IMG/VR virus record: IMGVR_UViG_3300010376_000105
Span: 1 to 28,041 of that record
DNA from: a virus
Lineage: Duplodnaviria; Caudoviricetes
Strand: one strand, 5' to 3'
Length of the DNA stretch: 28,041 nt
Both the position numbers and the translations under genes were made by a program. Below the pieces are notes generated by a model. That model did no database searches. It saw only the letters and a program-made list of their open reading frames with translations, and was not told the DNA's origin. Below are positions 15,737 through 23,732 of the stretch, piece by piece (within the stretch, counting starts at the first letter, position 1; each line of letters begins with the position of its first letter).

Positions 15737-18034
15737 ATGCCGAACGAGCTGCATTTCAACTGGCCCGGCATCACGCCCGCGCATCTCGGCGGGGAAGGGG
15801 AAGGGCTCGCCGGGGCGAAGCTCCTGGCGAACCTGCTTGCTCAGCCCGAAGAGATTTACCAGCAACGGGTCGGGACGGCACAGATGCGCGAAGTCGCGCG
15901 CTCGATGGGCGTCCCGGAAGAGCAGCTCAATACCGTGATGCCGGGAGACGACGTCCCGACGCCACTCGGCGGGACCGGCATCATGGGCAAGATCATGTCT
16001 GGGGTGGGCAAGACGGGGGCGACCCTGTCCGCCATTCTCGGATCGCCGGTCAAGCCGCCGCGATTCGGCCCGACCGAAATCAAAGACTTGGAAGAGGGGT
16101 CGGCGCGGGAAGCGCTCATTAACACCCTGAACAAAGATGACCCCGACTATGCGAAGAAAGCCGCCAAGATACGGCTCGGGAAGTATGACGACGTATTCCC
16201 CGGTGCGCCCAAAAACATCATGCAGCTAGCGAGCGCGGAAGCGGACCGCCAGCAACTGACGGGCGCGGAGCGGTACAACTTCATTCGGGATGAAGTGGTC
16301 CGCATGACCGGGCAGCAGACGCAGGCCCGAACCGACGTCACGACCCAAGCAGACATTGATAAGAAGAATGCCGAGATTGACAAGCAGAATGAGGGTATCG
16401 ACCAGTGGAATAAGGACCATCCGGAAGCGCAGCGCCCGCGCATTCCGCATCTGTCGCTCGGCGGCGGGGGTGGAGCAGGCAGCGGGACCGGCGGCACGAC
16501 CGAGCCGGGCGGCGGCATGGGTGGCACGAGTGGCAATCTGCCGACCCGGACGAATAACCCCGGCGATATCACAGACGGTCCGTTTGCGCGCAGTCAGCCG
16601 GGCTATGCGGGCTCGACGCGGACGCCCGACGGGCGCGTGTTCGCAGTGTTCGATACGCCCGACCACGGGCACGTGGCGATGCGGAATCTGCTCTCCGGTC
16701 CGGGATACAGCGGGCTGACGGTGGATGCCGGGCTGCGGAAGTGGTCGGGTGGGAGCTACGGTGCCAATCTCATCCAGGGTCTGGGGATCGACCCGAACCA
16801 GACTATCGGGTCGCTGACTCCGGACCAGCGCGAGCAGGTCCGTCAACGGATGTACTCGCGGGAAGGGTACAAGGGACCGGCGCTCGGAGCGCATCCCACC
16901 GCACCCGGACAGCCCGGACAGCCGCCGACGCAGGTCGCGGCGAACGTGCAGCCGGATACCACGAGCGACGTCGGCGCCCCTGGCGCTATCGGCATTCCCC
17001 AGGATGCGGTGACGGACCAGCAAGGGAACGTCTACAGCCGCAATGACCTGACCAAGCCGCTCGGGAAGGCTGTCCCGAATCAGCCCGGCAAAATGATCGT
17101 GACCAAGGACGTCATGTCTCCGACGGGTCGGACGACCGAGACCGTGGACCCGCGAGGCAAGTGGCTGCAAAACGACCAGCGCAACATGGCAGTGGACCAG
17201 CTCCGTCAACGGCAGGCTCAGGGCGAAGCCGGCGTGAATGCCGATGACCCGCAGCAGATTTATGACCAGATGGCGGCAAACTCGCACGGCATGCGTGGCT
17301 TCACGGAAGCGGATGCTGCCTTTGCCGCCGTGGGGCTCAAGCCGGGGCAGACCCCGAACGCTGAGCAAGCCCGCCAGATTCTGCAGATTCTGAAAAACAA
17401 GGGTGGCGAGACCGGCCCACAGGCAGCGCTCGCGCGAATCAACTTGCAGCGGGCGGACAACGCGCTGCTCCTGGCGCCTGTCGAAAAGACAGACCCGCAC
17501 ACGGGACAGGTGCTGCGCGACGCCAACGGGAACGTGCAATATGCCATGTGGACCGACCCATCGGATGGGAAGCGGAAACCCATTCGGCCGGTCGATACAC
17601 TCCTGCAGGATTGGCAGATTGCTGCCTTGCCCTTCGCGGCGCAAATCAACATGCGGCAGATGCGGAATGACCCGGACTTCCACCTTGCCGCCAATCGGCT
17701 GAATCAGGCGCAATCGAACCTGACCCGCTTTGCGACGTTGAAGGGCGACGCCAAGCGCATCGCGGATACCGAGCGCCAGCGCATGGTGACGCTGGTTCCG
17801 CAGCCGGGAGACACCGTCCAGGAAGCTATTGACAAGATTACGGACTCGAATCGCTCCCTCGATAACATGGAAGCGCAGGCCCGGCACGAGCTAGCGCTAT
17901 CGGACGTCGTTCCGCAGGGTCCGCAGGGGGGTGCCCCGGCGCCCGCCGCATCCGCCCCGGCGCCGGCCGCGAAGCCGCGCCAGCTCAAGAACGCGCCCAA
18001 GGGATTCACTATCGAGCCGATGGGGCAGCAGTAA
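15737..18034 (+). CDS. Large internal virion/ejection protein with an NNPG-motif lysozyme-like domain
   Basis: 'RTNNPGDI...FAVFDTPDHG..AM..LL...Y..LTV...L.KW' at ~16545-16880, a motif of virion-associated lysozyme-superfamily domains. Confidence 0.7.
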   Translation: MPNELHFNWPGITPAHLGGEGEGLAGAKLLANLLAQPEEIYQQRVGTAQMREVARSMGVPEEQLNTVMPGDDVPTPLGGTGIMGKIMSGVGKTGATLSAILGSPVKPPRFGPTEIKDLEEGSAREALINTLNKDDPDYAKKAAKIRLGKYDDVFPGAPKNIMQLASAEADRQQLTGAERYNFIRDEVVRMTGQQTQARTDVTTQADIDKKNAEIDKQNEGIDQWNKDHPEAQRPRIPHLSLGGGGGAGSGTGGTTEPGGGMGGTSGNLPTRTNNPGDITDGPFARSQPGYAGSTRTPDGRVFAVFDTPDHGHVAMRNLLSGPGYSGLTVDAGLRKWSGGSYGANLIQGLGIDPNQTIGSLTPDQREQVRQRMYSREGYKGPALGAHPTAPGQPGQPPTQVAANVQPDTTSDVGAPGAIGIPQDAVTDQQGNVYSRNDLTKPLGKAVPNQPGKMIVTKDVMSPTGRTTETVDPRGKWLQNDQRNMAVDQLRQRQAQGEAGVNADDPQQIYDQMAANSHGMRGFTEADAAFAAVGLKPGQTPNAEQARQILQILKNKGGETGPQAALARINLQRADNALLLAPVEKTDPHTGQVLRDANGNVQYAMWTDPSDGKRKPIRPVDTLLQDWQIAALPFAAQINMRQMRNDPDFHLAANRLNQAQSNLTRFATLKGDAKRIADTERQRMVTLVPQPGDTVQEAIDKITDSNRSLDNMEAQARHELALSDVVPQGPQGGAPAPAASAPAPAAKPRQLKNAPKGFTIEPMGQQ

Positions 18035-18035
18035 C

Positions 18036-19412
18036 ATGGCGGACACCACGAGCAGCGACATGCAGATTCCCGTCCACGATGCCGACGGGACGCCGTCCAT
18101 CATGCGGGTTCCGAAGGGGACGCCGAAGGCGCAAATCCATGCTGTCATGCGAGAGAACAGCCTGCAGCACTATGACCCGAGCGCCGGCCAGACGGACCAG
18201 GGGGGACAGACGGACCAGGGACAGGCGGAAGAGAAACCGGGCTGGCTAGGGTCCATCTGGGAAGGCGCAAAGGACGAAGTGATAGACCCGTTCTTGCGGG
18301 GCGGACAGGGGCTCATGGAGCTGACCACGCCGCAGGGCACAGCCGCCGCCCTAGAGCGCGCGAAAGAGCATCCGGTGCGCGAGCTGCTCCACCAAGCGGG
18401 GAACGTCGGGGGAGTCGTGACGCCCATTGTGGCGCCGGAAGCGGCCATAGCCTCGACGGCTGCACACACGGGCGCCCGCTGGCTGGGATTCGGGCGCGGC
18501 GGGGCGCAGACGGCTGGGACCATCGGCGGGCTAGTCGCGCCGGGGGCTCGGGTCATCTATGAGGGGACGAATGTCCCCGGACAGCTTGAGCGGCTCGGAC
18601 ACGAAGCGACCGGGGAGTATCAGGCCGCGAAGGCAGCGACACAGGCGGACCTGCGAAACGTCATCACGGAAGCCGACAACCGGGGCCTTGAGCTGACGCC
18701 GCAGCAGCGGACGGACCTGGCGAGCCAGATTGACCGTCGCTATGTGCCCCGTGGGCAAGTCCCCCGTATCGACCAAATCGAGACGGAGCTACTCGACCCG
18801 AACCGGACAATCCGCATGTCCGACCTGGACCGCTACCATACGGACGTGCGGACGCGGCTGTCTCAGAATCCGACCTATCCGCAGAGTGAAATGTCGCGGG
18901 TGGCGGACTCGATTCGGGACAGCCAAGCGGACCTGTTGAGCCCGCACACGGACCTGGCGCAGCCGTGGCGGGAAGGGCTGGACAGGTGGGGGCATGACAT
19001 AACCCCCTCGCAGCGGATCGTCGGGCGGGTCGCGCGGAATCGGTCCAGTATCGAGTCGCGGGCCATGTCGGACGAATTCACAGCGCAGCAGCGCGCCGAA
19101 GGCGGACCGCTTGGCGTCCCCGCCGTCAATGAGCGACTGAACCAGGCCCGCTCCCTGATTGAAGCGCAGCGGTCTGCCCGGCGTCTGCAGTCCGTGCTTC
19201 CTGTCGCTGGTGCGGTGCTCGGGGGTGGCGGGTCGCTCATCGGGGGGGAGCGCGATCCGGGCACACTCGCTGCCGAGACGATTGCGGGTCTGCTTGCGGG
19301 CGAAGGGTTGCGACACGGGCGGGTGGGACTCGCCACGCCCGCCGGCCGGGCTGCGGCGCTCCACTATCTCGCGGTAGCGCCGACAGCAGCGGACCGGATG
19401 ACCCGGCGCTAG
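18036..19412 (+). CDS. Internal virion/ejection protein with Gly-rich hydrophobic segments (458 aa)
   Basis: Start re-called to ATG 18036, 1 nt after the upstream stop; last gene of the virion block; C-terminal VLPVAGAVLGGGGSLIGG / LAAETIAGLLAG. Confidence 0.65.
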   Translation: MADTTSSDMQIPVHDADGTPSIMRVPKGTPKAQIHAVMRENSLQHYDPSAGQTDQGGQTDQGQAEEKPGWLGSIWEGAKDEVIDPFLRGGQGLMELTTPQGTAAALERAKEHPVRELLHQAGNVGGVVTPIVAPEAAIASTAAHTGARWLGFGRGGAQTAGTIGGLVAPGARVIYEGTNVPGQLERLGHEATGEYQAAKAATQADLRNVITEADNRGLELTPQQRTDLASQIDRRYVPRGQVPRIDQIETELLDPNRTIRMSDLDRYHTDVRTRLSQNPTYPQSEMSRVADSIRDSQADLLSPHTDLAQPWREGLDRWGHDITPSQRIVGRVARNRSSIESRAMSDEFTAQQRAEGGPLGVPAVNERLNQARSLIEAQRSARRLQSVLPVAGAVLGGGGSLIGGERDPGTLAAETIAGLLAGEGLRHGRVGLATPAGRAAALHYLAVAPTAADRMTRR

Positions 19413-19480
19413 CGGCGCCGTGGCCGGCTAATGACAAACGCCAGGACGACTAGGACCGCCATGCCTGCGAGAAAGCCCAT
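19409..19480 (-). CDS. 23-aa single-TM peptide MGFLAGMAVLVVLAFVISRPRRR (not in the ORF track)
   Basis: Starts 1 nt after the stop of the 53-aa gene; its TAG overlaps the convergent + strand TAG in a CTAG. Confidence 0.45.
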   Translation of the reverse strand: MGFLAGMAVLVVLAFVISRPRRR

Positions 19481-19481
19481 G

Positions 19482-19643
19482 TCAGTGTGTCCAACGGGAT
19501 AACAGACCCGTGGCGACGATGAGTGTCCAGGTGATGCCGAATCCCCACATGGCATAGCGCTCTAGGGTCTCTAGGCGTTTCTCGATGCCGTCTAGGCGCC
19601 CCTCGATATGCCCGAGCGCTCGGCTGAACGGGTCTAGCTCCAT
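19482..19643 (-). CDS. 53-aa coiled-coil plus C-terminal TM protein (XhlA/CCDC90-like architecture; not in the ORF track)
   Basis: MELDPFSRALGHIEGRLDGIEKRLETLERYAMWGFGITWTLIVATGLLSRWTH; heptad repeat followed by a hydrophobic helix; packed behind the 235-aa gene. Confidence 0.65.
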   Translation of the reverse strand: MELDPFSRALGHIEGRLDGIEKRLETLERYAMWGFGITWTLIVATGLLSRWTH

Positions 19644-19650
19644 CGCTGGC

Positions 19651-20358
19651 TCAGCCATGCTTTTTCTCGATGGGCCAGACCCGGCTCGCGGACCGTGACC
19701 CTTTCGCCCGGACGAGCCCGAGCCCAGCCAGATTCTTGAGTGTGCGCTTTACCACGGGGGCGTCAAGCTGCAGGAGCGCCGGCAGGTAGGCCACCCGGAG
19801 ACCAGGATGCGCGCGGACCATCTTGGCGACCGCCGTGGCGATTTCGGGGGCGCTCGTGAGCCGGGGCGGCGCGGGTGCTCCCTTGGGGCCAAAGACGCCA
19901 TAGGTGCCGTGGCGCTCCACGAGCCCGTCCGCGACCAGCGCACGCATGACGCGCCCCAGATGCTTGACGATATGGTCGCGGCCCGTCCCGCCTTTGAGTG
20001 ACACGCCATTCATCGCCAGGGCCATGTCATCGAGTGTGAAGCGCTGGTGCTGGCTCTTCAAGAACGCTTGCGCTGCAGTGGCGAGCTTCGCGGTATCGCT
20101 CCCTGGCATCGCGCCGATGCCGACCGCCCGGCCGCTCTTGGGATTGATATGGCGCTTCAACGTCGGCGCCGGGTCGCTCGGCTTGACGGGCGCCGGGAGC
20201 ATCTTCTGTCCGTTGAGGTTCCCGACCATTGCCTCATAGGCATCCGCGCAGACGTCCACGCGAAGGATGCGGGACATGCCAGCGGTTTTGATCCAGACGC
20301 TAGTGATGGCGGCATGCTCGCCATCGTGACGGTCGCAGAAGAGCACCACCTTTTTCAT
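19651..20358 (-). CDS. DNA-binding protein: Lsr2-like N-terminal oligomerisation domain plus two winged-HTH domains
   Basis: N-terminus MKKVVLFCDRHDGEHAAITSV...G...VDV...GNL aligns by eye with Lsr2 MAKKVTVTLVDDFDGSGAADETV...G...IDL...GDL; wHTH patterns 'FTLDDMALAM...RALVADGLVERHG' and 'HPGLRV...VKRTLKNLAGLGLVRAKG'. Confidence 0.6.
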   Translation of the reverse strand: MKKVVLFCDRHDGEHAAITSVWIKTAGMSRILRVDVCADAYEAMVGNLNGQKMLPAPVKPSDPAPTLKRHINPKSGRAVGIGAMPGSDTAKLATAAQAFLKSQHQRFTLDDMALAMNGVSLKGGTGRDHIVKHLGRVMRALVADGLVERHGTYGVFGPKGAPAPPRLTSAPEIATAVAKMVRAHPGLRVAYLPALLQLDAPVVKRTLKNLAGLGLVRAKGSRSASRVWPIEKKHG

Positions 20359-20834
20359 TGCGCTGCTCGACGCGAACCGTTCCGCTTCCTGGGTGCAGTC
20401 TCGCGCTTCTCATAGCCCTTGACGGTCTCAAGCAGTAGCTGCAGCCCGTCTCTTCTCAGCCGATGCTTTGGCGGACGGTGCTTGCCCTGCAGGTCTAAGA
20501 GGTAGCCGTCGGGGTAGTCGTAGCCACGCGCTGCGACTTCTCCGTTGAACGCTGAGACGTTGTCCCGCCGCTTTGACCCGCAGTGTTGACACTCCAAGGT
20601 CACTAGGAGCTGGCGTCCATGCCACTCCATCTTTGGCGGGAATTCCCAGGCGTGATTAGCAATGCCGCGACAGAACGCAAACTTGCTATCAGTGAACCAT
20701 GCCATAGGGTACCCTCCCGTATGTTTGGGGGCTGGCGCCCCCGGAAAATCAGGCTTTACTGCCGCTCGGGGGGTAGCGTCAACTATCCTCCGCTGCTCGC
20801 GCACTAATGCTGACGTCCTCGATGACCTGGACAC
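20355..20834 (-). CDS. Putative Zn-binding hypothetical protein
   Basis: CRGIANHAW...CQHC...YDYPDGY; start may instead be the ATG near 20705; ATGA coupling to the downstream gene. Confidence 0.6.
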   Translation of the reverse strand: MSRSSRTSALVREQRRIVDATPRAAVKPDFPGAPAPKHTGGYPMAWFTDSKFAFCRGIANHAWEFPPKMEWHGRQLLVTLECQHCGSKRRDNVSAFNGEVAARGYDYPDGYLLDLQGKHRPPKHRLRRDGLQLLLETVKGYEKRETAPRKRNGSRRAAQ

Positions 20835-21459
20835 CGGGCCAGTTGAGGGTCGGTCCCATCGCGCGGGCGAAGGTGTTTAGGACGGTCATGTCGGGTTTCA
20901 GACACTTGAGGGGGCAGCGTCCCTCATGCACGCTACGGACCAGGACCGCGAAATCGGACACTTCTGCACGGTAAATCTTCCGGACGGCGATGCCCGTGGT
21001 AGTGGGCACCGTGTCATCCTCCCCTGATTCTTGGGGGGGCAAGGGTGCTGCCGCCGTGGCAATCGCTAGCTCGTGGTCCCCGGCGGCTTCTAAGCTGGCG
21101 ACTTCCGCCGCTCGCTGGGCGCGGGCCTTTTCCAGCCACGCCGCTAAGCGCTTCTCCTGGTCCTCCCGGCGCTTCGCAGCCTGATTGCGGAAGTATTCCG
21201 CCATCATGCTTTTGATCGTCTTTTCGGCGTCTAGCAGGGGTTCCTCTAGCTGCCGGCGCTGCTTGAGCGCTGCCCGGTGGGCGTCCAGCGCAGCCTTGAC
21301 CACAGGACTGCAGGACGTCTCAATCTCTTTGAGCAGGGCCTTAATCCCAGTCAGGAGCTGCGCCGCGTAGGAGTAGCCTTCCGGACTGTCAATCACCAGA
21401 CTGCGCGCCCGCTCGGGCCATTCTTGCGTCTTGGATGCTAGCTCAGGAATCGGGATCAT
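20779..21459 (-). CDS. Coiled-coil phage protein commonly found beside recombination exonucleases
   Basis: 226 aa, long charged helix and C-terminal WPGV motif; ATGA coupling to the exonuclease. Confidence 0.7.
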   Translation of the reverse strand: MIPIPELASKTQEWPERARSLVIDSPEGYSYAAQLLTGIKALLKEIETSCSPVVKAALDAHRAALKQRRQLEEPLLDAEKTIKSMMAEYFRNQAAKRREDQEKRLAAWLEKARAQRAAEVASLEAAGDHELAIATAAAPLPPQESGEDDTVPTTTGIAVRKIYRAEVSDFAVLVRSVHEGRCPLKCLKPDMTVLNTFARAMGPTLNWPGVQVIEDVSISARAAEDS

Positions 21460-22085
21460 GCGGCGACCCTTTCGTGGCGTTGCTGCCAGCGGTGGATGGT
21501 GACGGCTGCGAGGAAGGCGGCTTCATCCCCGGAGTCCGTGTACTCGTGAACGCGGAAGCTGCCGTTAGGCCGAAGGTGGACACTCAGCCGGTGGGCAACG
21601 GGCAAGTTATTGGCGCGGAGTAGGTAGCGGTACGCGGCAAGCTGGACGCCAATCGACGGCTCGGGCTCTCCCGTTTTCAAGTCGAGCACGGCGCCGTGGA
21701 GCTGCTCGCCTAGATAGCCGACGCGGTCCGGAGTGCCGGCGACTCCGAGCGTCGGGTCACAGATGGGTTGCTCACTCCAGACGGACGACCCGACGAAGAT
21801 ATGCGCGCTGCAGAAACTGGCGTAGGCTTCGACGTAGCCGGCGAGCGCGGGCGCGTCCGCCACTCCCGAATCCTCCCCGTTGTCTACCTTGAGCGTCGCG
21901 GCATGGATGAGCGAGCCGCGCCACCCGGCGAGCGTCAGCGTGGCCGGGTCGCAGGGAACGGGACGGCGGATGTTCGCAGCCAGGAGAATCGCTGTCACGT
22001 GGGAGAGCAGACGCCCCTGCCAGCGGTACTCATGGCGTTCCGGGTCGAAGGTCGGACGATAGGGGATCGTGTGCGCGTCAGCCAT
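21456..22085 (-). CDS. PD-(D/E)XK (RecB/Cas4-like) exonuclease
   Basis: 'FDPERHEY...SHVTAIL...RGSLIH...E.P.....GVAGTPDRV...LDLKTG...QLAAY'; start re-called to ATG 22085, overlapping the upstream stop. Confidence 0.85.
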   Translation of the reverse strand: MADAHTIPYRPTFDPERHEYRWQGRLLSHVTAILLAANIRRPVPCDPATLTLAGWRGSLIHAATLKVDNGEDSGVADAPALAGYVEAYASFCSAHIFVGSSVWSEQPICDPTLGVAGTPDRVGYLGEQLHGAVLDLKTGEPEPSIGVQLAAYRYLLRANNLPVAHRLSVHLRPNGSFRVHEYTDSGDEAAFLAAVTIHRWQQRHERVAA

Positions 22086-23010
22086 CGGCGCCGGGCTGGC
22101 GGGACTCTTCAATCCACTTGAGCACGTGGTTGACGTGCTCGAAAGGCAAATCCTCGATGGACGCGGACCCGAACGAGCGCCCGACGAAGTCCACCAGGGC
22201 TTGCTGGCTGATACCTGCAGCCTGAGCCTTCCGGAGCAGGATGGTCCGCTGCGCGTCCGTCATGGTCCGCATGAGCGGTCCCGGCTTCCGACTCTCGGGT
22301 TTCGGCGCCGGGTCGGGTCGCGGCGGGTCGGGGTTCCCGCCCGTGTCCAAATCTTCCACGTCCTGGGTGAAGAGCCCCGAGCTGCGCGTGACGGACAGGA
22401 CCGCGTCCACGAGCGCCCGTTTCTTCGCCATCTTGAGCAGCGTGTTGACCAGCGTGCAGACGTCCTCATTCGGCACGCGCCCGACCGTCTGATTGAGAAT
22501 CTCGGGCTCGGCATCGTGGAACTTGGCGCCGCACCCGCCGCGCTTCCGGAAGCAGAGCCACCCGCCGCCATATTCCTCTTTGCCCCGGATGATCGTCTCC
22601 CGGTTGCAGATGGGGCAGCGGCGGTCCGCCATCCGCCAGCGGTACCGGGACTCATACGAATTGCACGAGCCGAACCCGCACCCGATGATGCGGCCGGTCC
22701 GCTTGGAGACTAGGTCGCACCGGACTTCATAGTGGAAATGGGGCGTCTCCCAGTCCTCGATGCGCGTTACCACAGTGGGGGACTGAACGAGCCCGTATAT
22801 CTCACAGAGCTTCTCTGCACCGGGCTTGTAGAGCGCCGGCTTTTCCGTGCCGGGAATCGTTCCGTAATCCTCCCCCTCAACCATGACTTCACGGACGAAT
22901 GCCTGCAGCTCCTGCAGCCGGGCTTTCGCGCTCGCAATGTCGCTGACCATCGTGGGGACCAGCTCGGCATCGCTGCCCACAGGTACTAGCGCCCCGGCGT
23001 GCTCTTCCAT
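22078..23010 (-). CDS. Putative single-strand annealing recombinase with an inserted Zn ribbon
   Basis: 'DYGTIPGTEKPALYKPGAEKL...G.GSCNS.E...NTLLKMAKKRALVDAVL...FTQD' next to the exonuclease (Red-like pair); C-terminal 'MTDAQ...L' helical domain. Confidence 0.65.
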   Translation of the reverse strand: MEEHAGALVPVGSDAELVPTMVSDIASAKARLQELQAFVREVMVEGEDYGTIPGTEKPALYKPGAEKLCEIYGLVQSPTVVTRIEDWETPHFHYEVRCDLVSKRTGRIIGCGFGSCNSYESRYRWRMADRRCPICNRETIIRGKEEYGGGWLCFRKRGGCGAKFHDAEPEILNQTVGRVPNEDVCTLVNTLLKMAKKRALVDAVLSVTRSSGLFTQDVEDLDTGGNPDPPRPDPAPKPESRKPGPLMRTMTDAQRTILLRKAQAAGISQQALVDFVGRSFGSASIEDLPFEHVNHVLKWIEESRQPGADG

Positions 23011-23189
23011 TGGTCGTACCCCCTAAAGTCGAATGGGACGGGAGGGTCGGTATCCGGTTCCGGGCCGGGCCGGGTCTCCCGCGTGTGGCACGTGAAGCAC
23101 TCGACTACGTCCAGCCCTGGACGGCGACTCTGGATATACCAGTCATGGGCGCACGGAACCGTCGGACGGGTCCGCAGCTCACTGTCCAT
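22986..23189 (-). CDS. Small Zn-finger-like protein (67 aa), first gene of the leftward operon
   Basis: CAHDW...CFTC motif; preceded by a promoter-like sequence. Confidence 0.55.
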   Translation of the reverse strand: MDSELRTRPTVPCAHDWYIQSRRPGLDVVECFTCHTRETRPGPEPDTDPPVPFDFRGYDQWKSTPGR

Positions 23190-23223
23190 AGCGACGGCTA
23201 CCCTCCGACCGAAAACGAGTCAA
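23190..23223 (-). promoter_or_regulatory. Putative leftward early promoter
   Basis: Minus strand TTGACT-17 bp-TAGCCG-5 nt-ATG, with an A-tract (gagaaaaaatc) upstream. Confidence 0.55.
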
Positions 23224-23322
23224 GATTTTTCTCGCGTGTGACGTTCGACCGTCGGAATAGAACTTCTGACCCCCGCAGGTCCGCGACTTCCTTGTTAACT
23301 TGCAGCACGACGGCAGACCCCC

Positions 23323-23352
23323 TTGACGTCTACGAGATGACGAGCGCATAAA
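23323..23352 (+). promoter_or_regulatory. Possible rightward promoter for xis-int
   Basis: TTGACG at 23323-23328 with CATAAA 18 bp downstream in the divergent intergenic region; weak -10. Confidence 0.3.
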
Positions 23353-23414
23353 AGCAATTCGGCCCTGGTGCGTCGGCTGGATGACGTGTCCAGGGGGGGA
23401 GAACCGGGACCGAG

Positions 23415-23729
23415 ATGCTTGTCCGTGTGGATCGTCTGCTCGACGCTCAGGAAGTCGGGACGATCCTGCATCTGACCCGAGAGGAAGTCCTGGCCCTGTC
23501 CTGCCGTCCCGTCGGAGACCCGCTCCGACTTCCGAGCGTCGGTCCCAGTCGGAAACGGAAACGCTGGGAGCTGCCGGAAGTCATGGGCTGGGTGGAGCGG
23601 CGACGCAACGCCAACGGTTTGAGCGTCTATCCGGATGCGACGGGAACCGACCCGCCGACTCATCCGGTGCGCCGGGGACCGCTCCCGCCGACACGGGGGC
23701 GCCCGGTGCGCTCCCGAAAGGCGCACTAG
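23415..23729 (+). CDS. xis: Excisionase / AlpA-like HTH protein
   Basis: 'RLLDAQEVGTILHLTREEV...LPSV...RKRWELPEVMGWVERR' HTH_17/Xis pattern directly upstream of the integrase. Confidence 0.7.
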   Translation: MLVRVDRLLDAQEVGTILHLTREEVLALSCRPVGDPLRLPSVGPSRKRKRWELPEVMGWVERRRNANGLSVYPDATGTDPPTHPVRRGPLPPTRGRPVRSRKAH

Positions 23730-23732
23730 CTC

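Noticed and set aside
16226-17887. Long antisense ORFs (553 aa here; also 4689-5687, 9655-10431, 10802-11680, 15068-15865, 23295-24095)
   Set aside because: Shadow frames expected in high-GC coding DNA; they lie opposite well-supported genes and have no motifs
18186-18225. Short GQTDQG tandem duplication
   Set aside because: Two-copy in-frame linker duplication with no further structure
19482-19643. Canonical holin-endolysin lysis cassette
   Set aside because: No endolysin adjacent and the gene is on the early (minus) strand; lysis genes may lie outside the window
21456-22085. Cas4 of a CRISPR system
   Set aside because: Lacks the four-Cys Fe-S cluster pattern and sits beside an annealing protein; ordinary phage exonuclease
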